From: an uncultured Aquiluna sp.
Lineage (GTDB): Bacteria > Actinomycetota > Actinomycetes > Actinomycetales > Microbacteriaceae
Assembly: GCA_964439375.1 (NCBI GenBank)
Contig: CAYTOH010000001.1
Span: 1 to 48,136, forward strand
Reading direction: 5' to 3'
DNA: 48,136 bases
Shown here: piece by piece, positions 47,760 through 48,136 of the stretch
Layout of the letters: the number at the start of each line of letters is the position of its first letter
Numbering within the stretch: position 1 is the first letter of the stretch
The notes under the pieces: model-generated
What the model was told of the DNA's origin: nothing
Databases searched by the model: none
The model's input: the letters and a program-made list of their open reading frames with translations, nothing else
Position numbers and translations under genes: made by a program

Positions 47760-48136
47760 AGCTCAACTTCGATTAAGACAAAGCCCTCTTTGTCCATGGC
47801 GTCCCCAAGGCCAACGGTGGTTGTCTTGAAATACTGCCAGCCATAGGCAGTGGCGAGAGCTTCCAAATCCACATTTTGCGGGGTTGTAAACAGCAACTCG
47901 AAGTCTTCAGCGTCAATCAGGCTTGCCATTTCAAGGTGAGAGAAGATTTTGCCGCCGTGGTCATTCCCAACAATCAGTTGGCAATTAAGCTCTCCGAGCC
48001 CTGAGAGATTCATCCCACCCGCATCGTGTAGCAGGGTCAGGTCACCAATCTCAGCGCGAACCCGAGATCCGGTTTGCGCTAACCCGAGGGCGGTTGAGAC
48101 CGTGCCATCTATTCCAGCCAAGCCTCGATTGGAAAA
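47756..48136 (-). CDS. menD: SEPHCHC synthase, C-terminal part (5' end outside the window)
   Basis: SNRGLAGIDGTVSTA, GDLTLLHD, NDHGGKIF, FTTPQ; men cluster context. Confidence 0.9.
   Translation of the reverse strand, partial: FSNRGLAGIDGTVSTALGLAQTGSRVRAEIGDLTLLHDAGGMNLSGLGELNCQLIVGNDHGGKIFSHLEMASLIDAEDFELLFTTPQNVDLEALATAYGWQYFKTTTVGLGDAMDKEGFVLIEVEL

Overview
Gene-dense actinobacterial DNA of moderate GC. The gene set, tight packing and leaderless genes suggest a streamlined freshwater Microbacteriaceae genome (Aquiluna/Rhodoluna-like); this is inference. The window has three parts. (1) 1-8466: a maltose/maltodextrin ABC locus (malF partial, malE), two tandem GH13 alpha-glucosidases and an MMPL transporter. 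(2) ~8.6-38.4 kb: a ~30 kb carbohydrate-catabolism island with one ABC importer, six known or putative cytosolic glycosidases (2x GH36-like, GH38, GH2, an (alpha/alpha)6 enzyme, an uncharacterised beta-propeller), a 3-keto-glycoside-type redox module (3x Gfo/Idh/MocA, 2x TIM-barrel, ThuA), a kinase-free acid-sugar pathway (mutarotase, SDR, lactonase, enolase-superfamily dehydratase, LRA5-like SDR, LRA6-like FAH hydrolase, GlcD-like oxidase) and a DgoR-like FadR regulator whose candidate operator (GT-ATG-AY) recurs at each island promoter region. (3) 38.4-48.1 kb: GNAT, tRNA-Tyr(GTA), LacI regulator, yajQ, manA, MFS, fprA, polyprenyl synthase and menaquinone genes menG, menF, menD. The best candidate for an undescribed system is the island: it may encode a non-phosphorylative diketo-hydrolase route for D-galacto/L-arabino-configured sugars fed by atypical glycosidases. 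All family assignments come from reading motifs by eye; no database searches were run.
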